A stretch of 64,000 nt of DNA from a virus. Positions 56,629-64,000 of this stretch are shown piece by piece. Location: positions 4,394-68,393 of IMG/VR virus record IMGVR_UViG_3300009184_000044; one strand, written 5' to 3'. Below the pieces are notes generated by a model. The model did not search any database. It was given only the letters and a program-made list of their open reading frames with translations, and was not told the origin of the DNA. Position 1 is the stretch's first letter. The number at the start of each line of letters is the position of its first letter. The position numbers were made by a program, and so were the translations under genes.

Positions 56629-58203
56629 ATGACGAAATTTTATGACGCAAACGGTGCTGTGGTTTACAACGGAGACTGTTTAGAAGTACTCCGTGGGTTG
56701 GAAGATAACTCAGTAGATTCAATTGTTACTGACCCTCCATATGGACTTAGCAATACAGACCCAGACCATGTCGTCGAGGCTATCTCAAAGTGGGCTACTG
56801 GAGAACGTGATTTTACGCCCGCAGGTAAGGGCTTTATGGGTAAAGCGTGGGATGCATTTGTTCCACCTCCTGCTGTGTGGGATGAATGTTTTAGAGTGCT
56901 AAAACCTGGTGGTCATATGTTGGTGTTTGCTGGAAGTAGAACGCAGGACCTAATGGGGTTATCTGTGCGTATGGCTGGATTTGAAATTCGCGATGGTATC
57001 GCATGGATTTATGGCTCTGGGTTTCCTAAGAGTATGGATATAAGTAAAGCAATTGATAAGTCTGCTGGTGCAGAACGAGAAGTTGTTGGAAGTAAAAGGA
57101 TGGTTGGAAGTGCAGCCCAAGACTGGTCTGAAAAAGGCGATAAGTTATTTGCTGGTAATACCAGTAGCGTTGGTGTTCCTGCTCGTGATATCCCTATCAC
57201 AGCTCCATCTACCGAGATGGCGAAAGAGTGGGAAGGATGGGGAACGGCACTAAAGCCTGCCCTTGAACCTATCATTGTTGCTCGTAAGCCTGTTAGTGAA
57301 AAGACTGTAGCTGCAAATGTTTTGAAGTGGGGTGTCGGTGGAATCAACATTGATGGCACTCGTGTTGGTAATGAAGAAGTAGTAATCAATACTTTTGATA
57401 ACGGTGCTAAGCCTTTTGGAGATGCTGTTGGTGAACCTTATACAGGTCGCAAGAGTGTTGGTCGTTGGCCGGCAAATGTTATGTTTACGCACGCAGAAGA
57501 TTGCGTAGAGGTTGGCACTGCTGTAGAAATTATTAGTAATCACAACGCACCTCAAGGTACGTTTGCTGGTGGAGACCCAAATAGAGGTTCTGATACTTCT
57601 GAGTATCGTGATTATGAGGTCGCTACTGCTGTATTTGAATGCGTAGATGGTTGCCCTGTTAAGGAAGTAAACAGACAGAGCGGTATCAGTAAGAGTAGAG
57701 CTGGAAAGATGGCTGTACCTGATATTCGTTCTGGTAAGTATGGTTCTGAGTATGGTGCTAGAGAAGATATTGATGGAACTGTCAGGGGTTTTGATGATGC
57801 TGGCGGTGCTAGTAGATTCTTCTATACTGCAAAGGCTAATAAGAAAGACCGCAATGAAGGTCTAGAGCATTTGGAAGAAGTCTCTGTTGGTAGTTATGAT
57901 GGCAATATTGATAGTGAGGGAACTCGTAAACTAGGTGCTGACCCTGCTAAACCTAACAAGCCTGGACATAACTTCCACCCAACTGTAAAGCCTACGTCGC
58001 TTATGCGCGAGTTGGTAAGACTGGTAACTCCTAAGGGTGGAATTGTGTTGGACCCATTTACTGGTAGCGGAAGTACAGGTAAAGCTGCTATACTTGAGAG
58101 ATTCCAGTTTGTTGGTATTGAACTGACTTCTGAGTATCTACTAATTATTGAAGGTCGCTTGAACCACGCCGCTAAACAAGTTGACGGGGAGTTAGATTTT
58201 TAG
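56629..58203 (+). CDS. N6-adenine/N4-cytosine DNA methyltransferase (beta class), leaderless
   Basis: GDCL, VTDPPYG, HPTVKP and VLDPFTGSGSTG motifs. Confidence 0.92.
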   Translation: MTKFYDANGAVVYNGDCLEVLRGLEDNSVDSIVTDPPYGLSNTDPDHVVEAISKWATGERDFTPAGKGFMGKAWDAFVPPPAVWDECFRVLKPGGHMLVFAGSRTQDLMGLSVRMAGFEIRDGIAWIYGSGFPKSMDISKAIDKSAGAEREVVGSKRMVGSAAQDWSEKGDKLFAGNTSSVGVPARDIPITAPSTEMAKEWEGWGTALKPALEPIIVARKPVSEKTVAANVLKWGVGGINIDGTRVGNEEVVINTFDNGAKPFGDAVGEPYTGRKSVGRWPANVMFTHAEDCVEVGTAVEIISNHNAPQGTFAGGDPNRGSDTSEYRDYEVATAVFECVDGCPVKEVNRQSGISKSRAGKMAVPDIRSGKYGSEYGAREDIDGTVRGFDDAGGASRFFYTAKANKKDRNEGLEHLEEVSVGSYDGNIDSEGTRKLGADPAKPNKPGHNFHPTVKPTSLMRELVRLVTPKGGIVLDPFTGSGSTGKAAILERFQFVGIELTSEYLLIIEGRLNHAAKQVDGELDF

Positions 58204-58247
58204 TAGTATAGTGGCGTAATAAGAAACAAAAACAAAAGGAAAACACA

Positions 58248-58907
58248 ATGACTTATGAAGAAAATGACCCTCGTAACTTCTATGAGAAGTTTCCTGAGGA
58301 ACTAATGCCCCCTTTGAATGCTGGTGGTGCTGCTATCCCTGTTCCAGAGTTTGGACCATTGCTTGGAGTTGTAACTCCTCCTCCAAGTTCTCCTAAGCCT
58401 GCATCAGTGCGTGAAATATTTGATGCTCGTCGAGACGAAATTGTCGCTGCCCCTAAGGTTGTAGTAAAGAAAAAGTCTGCTCGTATCAATCCAGATGCTA
58501 TTCCTGTATTGGCAACGGCTGTTATTTTGGTTGCGTTGTTGATGATTACATCATTCAGCGTTTCGTTCAGTGGTATCTATGCTGTATCTGCTTGGACTGG
58601 ACTTCCTGGATTCTTACAGTGGCTACCAGCTATTTTTATCGACGCTGCTATTTTGGCTTATACAATCTCTTTGGTTGTATTCAAAGCTAGAGGTGAAAGC
58701 ACATGGAGAACTTTTGCTGGTCTAACTGCATTCGCTACTGTATCTGTTGTTGCAAACATTGCACATACTCTTTCATTCTGGGATGGCTCTCTTGCTGACT
58801 TCCGTGCTTGGGTTGGTGTGCTAATTACTGCATCTGCACCTATTGCTGTATTGCTTGCATCAGAAGAAATTACTCGCTTGGCTTTTGAAAAGCCAGATAG
58901 TGAGTAG
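58248..58907 (+). CDS. DUF2637-like multi-TM membrane protein
   Basis: Four TM helices; SFSGI...P.FIDAAI and SVVANIAH motifs. Confidence 0.65.
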   Translation: MTYEENDPRNFYEKFPEELMPPLNAGGAAIPVPEFGPLLGVVTPPPSSPKPASVREIFDARRDEIVAAPKVVVKKKSARINPDAIPVLATAVILVALLMITSFSVSFSGIYAVSAWTGLPGFLQWLPAIFIDAAILAYTISLVVFKARGESTWRTFAGLTAFATVSVVANIAHTLSFWDGSLADFRAWVGVLITASAPIAVLLASEEITRLAFEKPDSE

Positions 58908-59463
58908 TCGGATGCTAATTGGTTTAGCGGGGTATGCTCGCTCTGGTAAAGACACACTTGCTGATGACCTAGTTCAAAATGCTGACTATACAAAGATTGC
59001 TTTTGCTGACCCTATGCGTGAGGCATTGGTTCGTCTAAACCCAACTATTGAGGTTGGTGGATTCAAGCTGGCTAAGTTGGCTACTGCTGTAAATGTTTTT
59101 GGCTGGGAAGAATTGAAAAAGATAAGCCCAGATATTCGTGGACTAATGCAAAGACTAGGAACAGAAGTTGGTCGTCAGATGTTTGGCGAAGACTTTTGGG
59201 TTCAGCAGACTATGAAACGAGTTGCAGAAGTTTCTGGAAACTGTGTTGTGTCTGATGTTCGCTATCCTAACGAGGCTCAGGCTATTAGAGATGCTGGTGG
59301 TATCTTGATTAGAATTGAACGTAATGGCGTAGACGCACCTAATGACCATACTTCTGAAACTGCTTTGAGCTCATTTGAGTTTGATTATGTTTTGAGGAAT
59401 GATGAAAGTATTGAGTATTTTCTACGCAATGCTAAATCCGTCCTTATAGAAGTGCTAAACTAA
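58900..59463 (+). CDS. deoxynucleoside monophosphate kinase
   Basis: IGLAGYARSGKDT, FADPMRE, RGLMQRLGTE.GR, SDVRYPNE and H.SE motifs. Confidence 0.9.
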   Translation: MSSRMLIGLAGYARSGKDTLADDLVQNADYTKIAFADPMREALVRLNPTIEVGGFKLAKLATAVNVFGWEELKKISPDIRGLMQRLGTEVGRQMFGEDFWVQQTMKRVAEVSGNCVVSDVRYPNEAQAIRDAGGILIRIERNGVDAPNDHTSETALSSFEFDYVLRNDESIEYFLRNAKSVLIEVLN

Positions 59464-59495
59464 TTTCAAATTTACTAATAGAACAAGAGACTAAA

Positions 59496-59771
59496 ATGCG
59501 TGAACGCTACATTCGTAAGCTACAAAAGAATCGCCACTTGGCTGAGATTAGTTTTAATATCTTGGCAAATGTAACGTTCAAGAACCTAACTGCTCGTGAG
59601 CGTAAGCAGATGGCTAAGTTGATTTACAAGGCTGAGTTGCTAGAGATGGAAGTAAAGAGTCGTAAGATTGCTGACACTATGAAGTCTTTCAAAGACCTTA
59701 TGGATAACATTGATATGCAACTAAAAGACGGAGATTTTGGCGATGATGATGATGATGATTTCTTCAAATAA
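59496..59771 (+). CDS. hypothetical protein with acidic C-terminus
   Basis: 91 aa, basic N-terminus and DDDDDFFK tail. Confidence 0.6.
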   Translation: MRERYIRKLQKNRHLAEISFNILANVTFKNLTARERKQMAKLIYKAELLEMEVKSRKIADTMKSFKDLMDNIDMQLKDGDFGDDDDDDFFK

Positions 59772-59818
59772 TTCGGCGTTTCGCCCCAAGGCCCGTAGAA
59801 GAGGACTATAATAAATAG

Positions 59819-59909
59819 TGTAATAAAGGTTTTTTGTGTTCCCCTTTATTACTGCTCCTTTCTGCAATAAGAAACCCTCGCCTTTACTTTCTTCAGGCGG
59901 GGGTTTTTT
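59819..59909 (+). ncRNA. candidate small RNA with an anti-Shine-Dalgarno linker
   Basis: TATAAT at 59807-12; 10-bp hairpin at 59820-52; single-stranded CTCCTTTCT at 59855-63; terminator hairpin at 59869-909; no ORF. Confidence 0.65.
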
Positions 59910-59969
59910 ATTTAATAAATATATGTAAATGTATTTGACAAGTACTTGTTTTGTGTGTATGTTCTAGAT

Positions 59970-60452
59970 ATGCAAACATTTTTACCTTATAAAGATTTTG
60001 TCCTATCTGCTCGAGTGTTAGATAACAAACGCTTGAATAAGCAGATTCTTGAGGGATATCAAATCCTCAAAGTCCTCACTAGTGATGACCCTAATGCTGC
60101 TTGGCGCAACCACCCTGCTGTAAAAATGTGGAGAGGTTGTGAGACGGCACTTATGACTTATGTTTTTGACTGTGTCAATGAAGCTAATAAACGTGGCATA
60201 AAGACAGAAAATAATGTTGCTAATATAAAAGCTTTATATTTTGATAGGTCTGAGAAGTTCGGTAATGGCTACCCTAATTGGTTCTATGACGAGAAGAAGT
60301 TATCTAGAGTTATGGCAACGCATAAAGCAAACTTGTATCGCAAAGACCCTGTGTACTATTTTCAGTTCAGTAGTTCAGTGGATGATGTAGATAACAAACC
60401 TTGCTGTGATAAATGCAATTACTACTGGGTAACGCATGTCAGTGGAGTTTGA
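59970..60452 (+). CDS. pyrimidine-dimer DNA glycosylase / endonuclease V-like (MSMEG_6728 family), leaderless
   Basis: MQTFLPY.DF..SA.VLD.KRL.KQ..E, W.NHPAV.MWRG and H.ANL.RKDP.YY motifs. TTGACA-17-TATGTT lies 6 nt before the ATG. Confidence 0.85.
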   Translation: MQTFLPYKDFVLSARVLDNKRLNKQILEGYQILKVLTSDDPNAAWRNHPAVKMWRGCETALMTYVFDCVNEANKRGIKTENNVANIKALYFDRSEKFGNGYPNWFYDEKKLSRVMATHKANLYRKDPVYYFQFSSSVDDVDNKPCCDKCNYYWVTHVSGV

Positions 60453-60651
60453 GAAACAACCTTGGAGTTATAGAATTATGCATAAGACAAGAAATAAATT
60501 ACCTAAAAGATTTCAGCTAACTTTTACTTTAGTAGGGCTTACTATCTTGGCTGTTATCTTGTCGGGACTCTATTTAATATGTGTTGGTGTGTGGAAACTA
60601 TTGCGGCCGATACGAAAGTTGATTAGTAAAATTATAAATAAAACTAGATAA
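60436..60651 (+). CDS. small membrane protein
   Basis: One TM helix flanked by basic residues. Confidence 0.5.
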   Translation: MSVEFEKQPWSYRIMHKTRNKLPKRFQLTFTLVGLTILAVILSGLYLICVGVWKLLRPIRKLISKIINKTR

Positions 60652-60688
60652 AGAAAAGCCCCCTGTTTTCTACGCAGGGGGTTTTCTT
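60651..60688. terminator. bidirectional terminator between convergent genes
   Basis: aagaaaagccccctg-ttttctacg-cagggggttttctt. Confidence 0.8.
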
Positions 60689-60704
60689 ATTCCTTGTCGG
60701 AAAC

Positions 60705-61238
60705 TTATAGAGACTTTTTGGTTGGAACAACCTTCTTGACTGCTGATACAACCTTTGCTGCAACAGTCTTCTTAGGAGCTGCTGTGAAAAGGGTTAGAGG
60801 GTCAACTAAACGCTCGAAAGGTAGAAGGTGTGCTTCTACTCCTGCGAAGTTCTTTCCCATTGTTGCAACGGTCATATGAAGGTGGGCCCCGGTACTTGCG
60901 GAACCGCTAGGTGTGTTCTTACCGCCACCAACTAGACCTAGAACAGTCTGGCCACCAACAACCTTGTCGCCTTTTACAAGGGTAGGTTTTGCTGCAAGGT
61001 GAGCGTATAGAACCCAGTGCTTTGCATCTGCTGATGAATGAACGATAATCCAACCAAGAACGTCAGTCCATTCAACTAGACCAACTGTGCCATCACAGAT
61101 AGCTTTGATTGGAGACTTCTCCTTTGGTGCCCAGTCCTGACCACGGTGAGGACGGCCGTTGCGGTATGGTGCTAAGTTGCCCAGTTCGTCGCCACGAAGC
61201 TTTGGGTCAAATGGTTCGTAATAAGTTACGTCTGCCAT
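60705..61238 (-). CDS. M23 peptidase (probable endolysin)
   Basis: HRGQD (HxxxD), YAHL and STGAHLH (HxH) motifs; basic amphipathic tail. Confidence 0.85.
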   Translation of the reverse strand: MADVTYYEPFDPKLRGDELGNLAPYRNGRPHRGQDWAPKEKSPIKAICDGTVGLVEWTDVLGWIIVHSSADAKHWVLYAHLAAKPTLVKGDKVVGGQTVLGLVGGGKNTPSGSASTGAHLHMTVATMGKNFAGVEAHLLPFERLVDPLTLFTAAPKKTVAAKVVSAVKKVVPTKKSL

Positions 61239-61294
61239 GTTTCTCCTTGTTATAAATAAAATGAGGGGTGGAAGTGATACATCTAATTTTACCG

Positions 61295-61489
61295 CTAATT
61301 GCTTTTGGCTAGTTGGGCCTTGGCATAGTTATGGCGGTAGGTGTGGATAAATGCACTCTGAAAGTTTTGACAGACAGTCATATTGTAAATTTTTGGTTTA
61401 CCTTGAATATATTCTCTCCAAGCTTCTAATGCAAGCAGAGAGACGTCCTTGTGCTTTATAGAGTAATAGTGCTTTAGGTAGGCAAACAT
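61295..61489 (-). CDS. hypothetical protein
   Basis: 64 aa, TAATG-coupled. Confidence 0.55.
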   Translation of the reverse strand: MFAYLKHYYSIKHKDVSLLALEAWREYIQGKPKIYNMTVCQNFQSAFIHTYRHNYAKAQLAKSN

Positions 61490-61689
61490 TACTCGTCATC
61501 CTCATCTTTGCTACGTCTGATAGGGAATGTAAGCACCCAGATTAGAAGTGTAACTCCAATTAGTTTACCAACGATGTCTCTTGCTGAGCCTTCTAAGAGT
61601 ACCCAACCCAATGCTAGACCTAGTAGGGTCCATGCTTGGTCAAGTAGGTCTTTGAATAGTTCGGCTATGAATTTAGTTATTTTCTTCAT
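61489..61689 (-). CDS. two-TM small membrane protein (holin-like)
   Basis: QAWTLLGLALGWVLLEGSAR.IVG.LI..TLLIW; near the M23 gene. Confidence 0.6.
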   Translation of the reverse strand: MKKITKFIAELFKDLLDQAWTLLGLALGWVLLEGSARDIVGKLIGVTLLIWVLTFPIRRSKDEDDE

Positions 61690-64000
61690 TATTTTCTCCT
61701 GTTTATTCGGTTAGATGAACCGCTTGAAGATGCGGTAGCTAGGGCTGCTGTCTGGGCAATTTGTCCAACAACAAGTGTGGTTACAACTAGGGTTTGTGCT
61801 TTCTTACGAGCCTTAGGTGAGATGTCAGCACCAACGTTTCCAACTAAGTTCAGAACGTTTGCGATGGCAACGGCTGCTTGTCCAACACCTGGGATGTTTG
61901 CAAGGGTTGGGTCTACTTGGATGTCGTCCTGCTGGGCTGCAAGGTAAAGAGCATCTAGAGCTTGCTCGTACTCTGGTGAGCCTTCTGTGGCTGTTTCAAA
62001 TACAACAAGGGCTGCTTCTACAAGTTGTGTAGCCTGTTCTGGGGTAAGTTCAGTTGGGTCTACTGCTTGTAGGTCCACTTGCATTAGGTCTTCAATCACT
62101 GCTGGAATCTCTGCTGAACCTTCTGGTTCTGGTTGTGGTTCTGGTTCTGGTTTAGGAATTGGAGCAGGCTCTATGTTGATAATGTCTTGAATTGAAGTTA
62201 GGTCTGGCTGCTGTTCGGTAGATAGTTCTTGATAAGAAGTTGCGACTGTTTGTTCAGCAGAAGAAAGAGTTGTCTCGGCTAAAGTCTTTTCTTGAGTAAA
62301 AGTTGAAAGACTTTCTGCTGCCGCTGTGTGCTCTTGCTCGGTAGTTGTTTTAGTCGCATTAGTACTTAGTTCTAATTGTTGAGCAGATGTGAGGTTAGTT
62401 TGGTTTTGTTCGTAAGTAGTTTGAGTAGAAGTAAGTGTTTCAGAAGCTGTATTCATTTTTTGCTGGATATTAGTAACTTTAGATTTGTTAGTAGAAAGTT
62501 GTCCGGCAGCGTCAGAATAAGCCTGTTCTGCTGTGTTTAGGGCTTCGCGTGCAACAGTAGTCTCTTGCCCTTTGTTAATGAGAAGTTGAGAGGCTGATGT
62601 GGCAGCGTCCTGAGCTTCCTGCAATTTAGGGTAAAGCGAGTTTAAAACTTGAGCATCGTTGATGACATTGTAATAACCTGCTGTTGAGTTTTGGGCGGCT
62701 ACTTGTTGGTTGTCCTGTGCTATCTGCCATTCTTCTTCTGCTTGCTGGTTAGCAATAACGGTTGCATCGTAGTAGACCTGTGCGTTGTTTAGGTCAGGGA
62801 GTAGAGCAGGGTCGTGAATTAGAGGGTGGACTTGGTTAGGAACTATCTCGGTAGTGTAGTAGGTTTCGGTAGTGTAGGTAGTTTGTTCAACGTAGGTAGT
62901 TGTGGTAGTAGAAGTTGTACCTAGGTAAGAAGAAGGAACTAGAACATAGCCTGTTTGTGGAGTGTAGTAGTAAAGCCAGACGTTAGCTCCACCACCATTC
63001 TCGTAATAGTAAAGGGTGATGGTGTGAGTAGAGCCAGCCTCAAAGTAGACTGCGGGAGATGTAGAACCGCCACCTCCTTTATCTCTCCAGTCGCTAATGA
63101 TTTGAACTCCATCTATTAGGAGGATAGTTCCGTCATCTGCTGGGGAGTAGAACTGGTAGTTGCCAGAGGTTGGGAAGGAGATGTTTCCAGTAAAGCGAAC
63201 AATTACATCCTCGGACTTGCTTGAGTTTAGAACTACTCCTCCACCCCAGTTGAAGTTAATGTCTGGAACTGTGGTTGTGTAGATAGGTCGCTCTAATGAA
63301 GATGGGAGTGGTGGAGCATTGTTATAGCCTTGACGGTTAAATACATCAGCGGTTAGGCCACCTGTAAGAGTTGTAGTGGTGACTGGAACAAGAGTAGTGG
63401 TTGGAACTTGTCTTGTGTGCTGTTGTTGATAGGTGTCTGGGGTCCAGGATGGGTCAGGAATAAGGTTGTTGTCGTAGTTAGCCTGTGCTTGATTCAGCTG
63501 TTCTGTGGCGTTCTGAAGGTTTGTGCGTGTGTTATTGACTGTGTTCTGAGCATCTAGGTACTCATTGTAAGCAGTTGTATATGTGTCTAGAAGTTGGTTA
63601 TAGGTGGCAACTGTTTGGTCGTACTCTGCTTTGAAGGTGTCAAGGTCAGACTTGGCTGTTTGGAAGTTAGAGGTTGCTTGGTTGTTTGAGATGGTAGCAG
63701 CGTTGAGCTCTTGTTCAAAAGTTTGAACGGCTGCCTGGGCTGCTTCCAAGGCTGACTTTGCATTAGTAGTAGTAAGTTCTTGAGATGAGAGCTCTGAGTT
63801 TGCTTGGTCGAGTTCTTGAGTAAGAGTTGTTAGATTCTCCTTGGCTGCATCTAGATTTGCTTTGGCTTCATTGGTTGCATCTGTTTGGATGTTTAGGGCT
63901 GCTAGTGCTGCATCATGGTTTGAAGTTGCTTGAGTTAGGGCAGATAGTAGGCTGGACTCTTTTTGTAGGGCAGTGTTGTATTTAGTGAGGGCAGTCTGGA
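61689..64000 (-). CDS. large coiled-coil protein with a PA14 domain and hydrophobic C-terminus (5'-truncated by the window)
   Basis: The frame stays open from 63749 to the window end. PA14 motifs INFNWGGG, VRFTG, ADDG..L.IDG..I.DW and YYENGGGA. Confidence 0.75.
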   Translation of the reverse strand, partial: QTALTKYNTALQKESSLLSALTQATSNHDAALAALNIQTDATNEAKANLDAAKENLTTLTQELDQANSELSSQELTTTNAKSALEAAQAAVQTFEQELNAATISNNQATSNFQTAKSDLDTFKAEYDQTVATYNQLLDTYTTAYNEYLDAQNTVNNTRTNLQNATEQLNQAQANYDNNLIPDPSWTPDTYQQQHTRQVPTTTLVPVTTTTLTGGLTADVFNRQGYNNAPPLPSSLERPIYTTTVPDINFNWGGGVVLNSSKSEDVIVRFTGNISFPTSGNYQFYSPADDGTILLIDGVQIISDWRDKGGGGSTSPAVYFEAGSTHTITLYYYENGGGANVWLYYYTPQTGYVLVPSSYLGTTSTTTTTYVEQTTYTTETYYTTEIVPNQVHPLIHDPALLPDLNNAQVYYDATVIANQQAEEEWQIAQDNQQVAAQNSTAGYYNVINDAQVLNSLYPKLQEAQDAATSASQLLINKGQETTVAREALNTAEQAYSDAAGQLSTNKSKVTNIQQKMNTASETLTSTQTTYEQNQTNLTSAQQLELSTNATKTTTEQEHTAAAESLSTFTQEKTLAETTLSSAEQTVATSYQELSTEQQPDLTSIQDIINIEPAPIPKPEPEPQPEPEGSAEIPAVIEDLMQVDLQAVDPTELTPEQATQLVEAALVVFETATEGSPEYEQALDALYLAAQQDDIQVDPTLANIPGVGQAAVAIANVLNLVGNVGADISPKARKKAQTLVVTTLVVGQIAQTAALATASSSGSSNRINRRK

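Noticed and set aside
59855-59863. AGAAAGGAG as the SD of a minus-strand gene
   Set aside because: It is followed by cagtaataa, with no start codon at a usable distance.
60694-62190. Plus-strand ORFs 60694..60879, 61508..61714, 61817..62032 and 61987..62190
   Set aside because: They are antisense to well-supported minus-strand genes.
1-64000. Stop-codon reassignment, inteins or introns in polA/nrdJ/helicase, diversity-generating retroelement
   Set aside because: Genes are intact under the standard code, with all three stops used. Protein lengths are normal and there is no reverse transcriptase or TR/VR pair.

Overview
This 64-kb window is part of a tailed, siphovirus-like phage genome. The host is almost certainly actinobacterial, judging by two WhiB regulators, DUF3039, NrdH, a tmRNA tag ending in FALAA and many leaderless genes; a freshwater lineage is likely but is an inference. 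1-23 kb (+) holds the virion genes: two capsid proteins, major tail protein, connectors, a frameshifted tail chaperone, tape measure, enlarged Dit and hub proteins and a 2177-aa fibre. 23-35 kb (-) holds WhiB, a GT-like gene and recombination/replication genes (SSB, AAA recombinase, Cas4-like exonuclease, SNF2 helicase, RuvC, PolA, metallophosphoesterase). 35-39 kb (+) holds the primase-helicase and a glycosyltransferase. 39-47.4 kb (-) is a second fibre operon that runs straight into a sulfotransferase, an APS kinase-nucleotidyltransferase fusion and DUF2061. 47.5-60.6 kb (+) holds accessory genes (NrdJ, NrdH, WhiB, Hsp20, serine recombinase, DNA MTase, dNMP kinase, pyrimidine-dimer glycosylase-like) and an RNA island. 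The end (-) holds an M23 lysin and a PA14/coiled-coil protein. The most interesting signals are non-coding: a tmRNA, a tRNA-like RNA without a normal anticodon arm, a ~430-nt highly structured RNA, and a ~90-nt sRNA exposing the anti-Shine-Dalgarno sequence CUCCUUUCU. The putative virion glycosylation/sulfation module and an apparent absence of GATC also stand out. All family calls come from motif recognition by eye; no searches were run.
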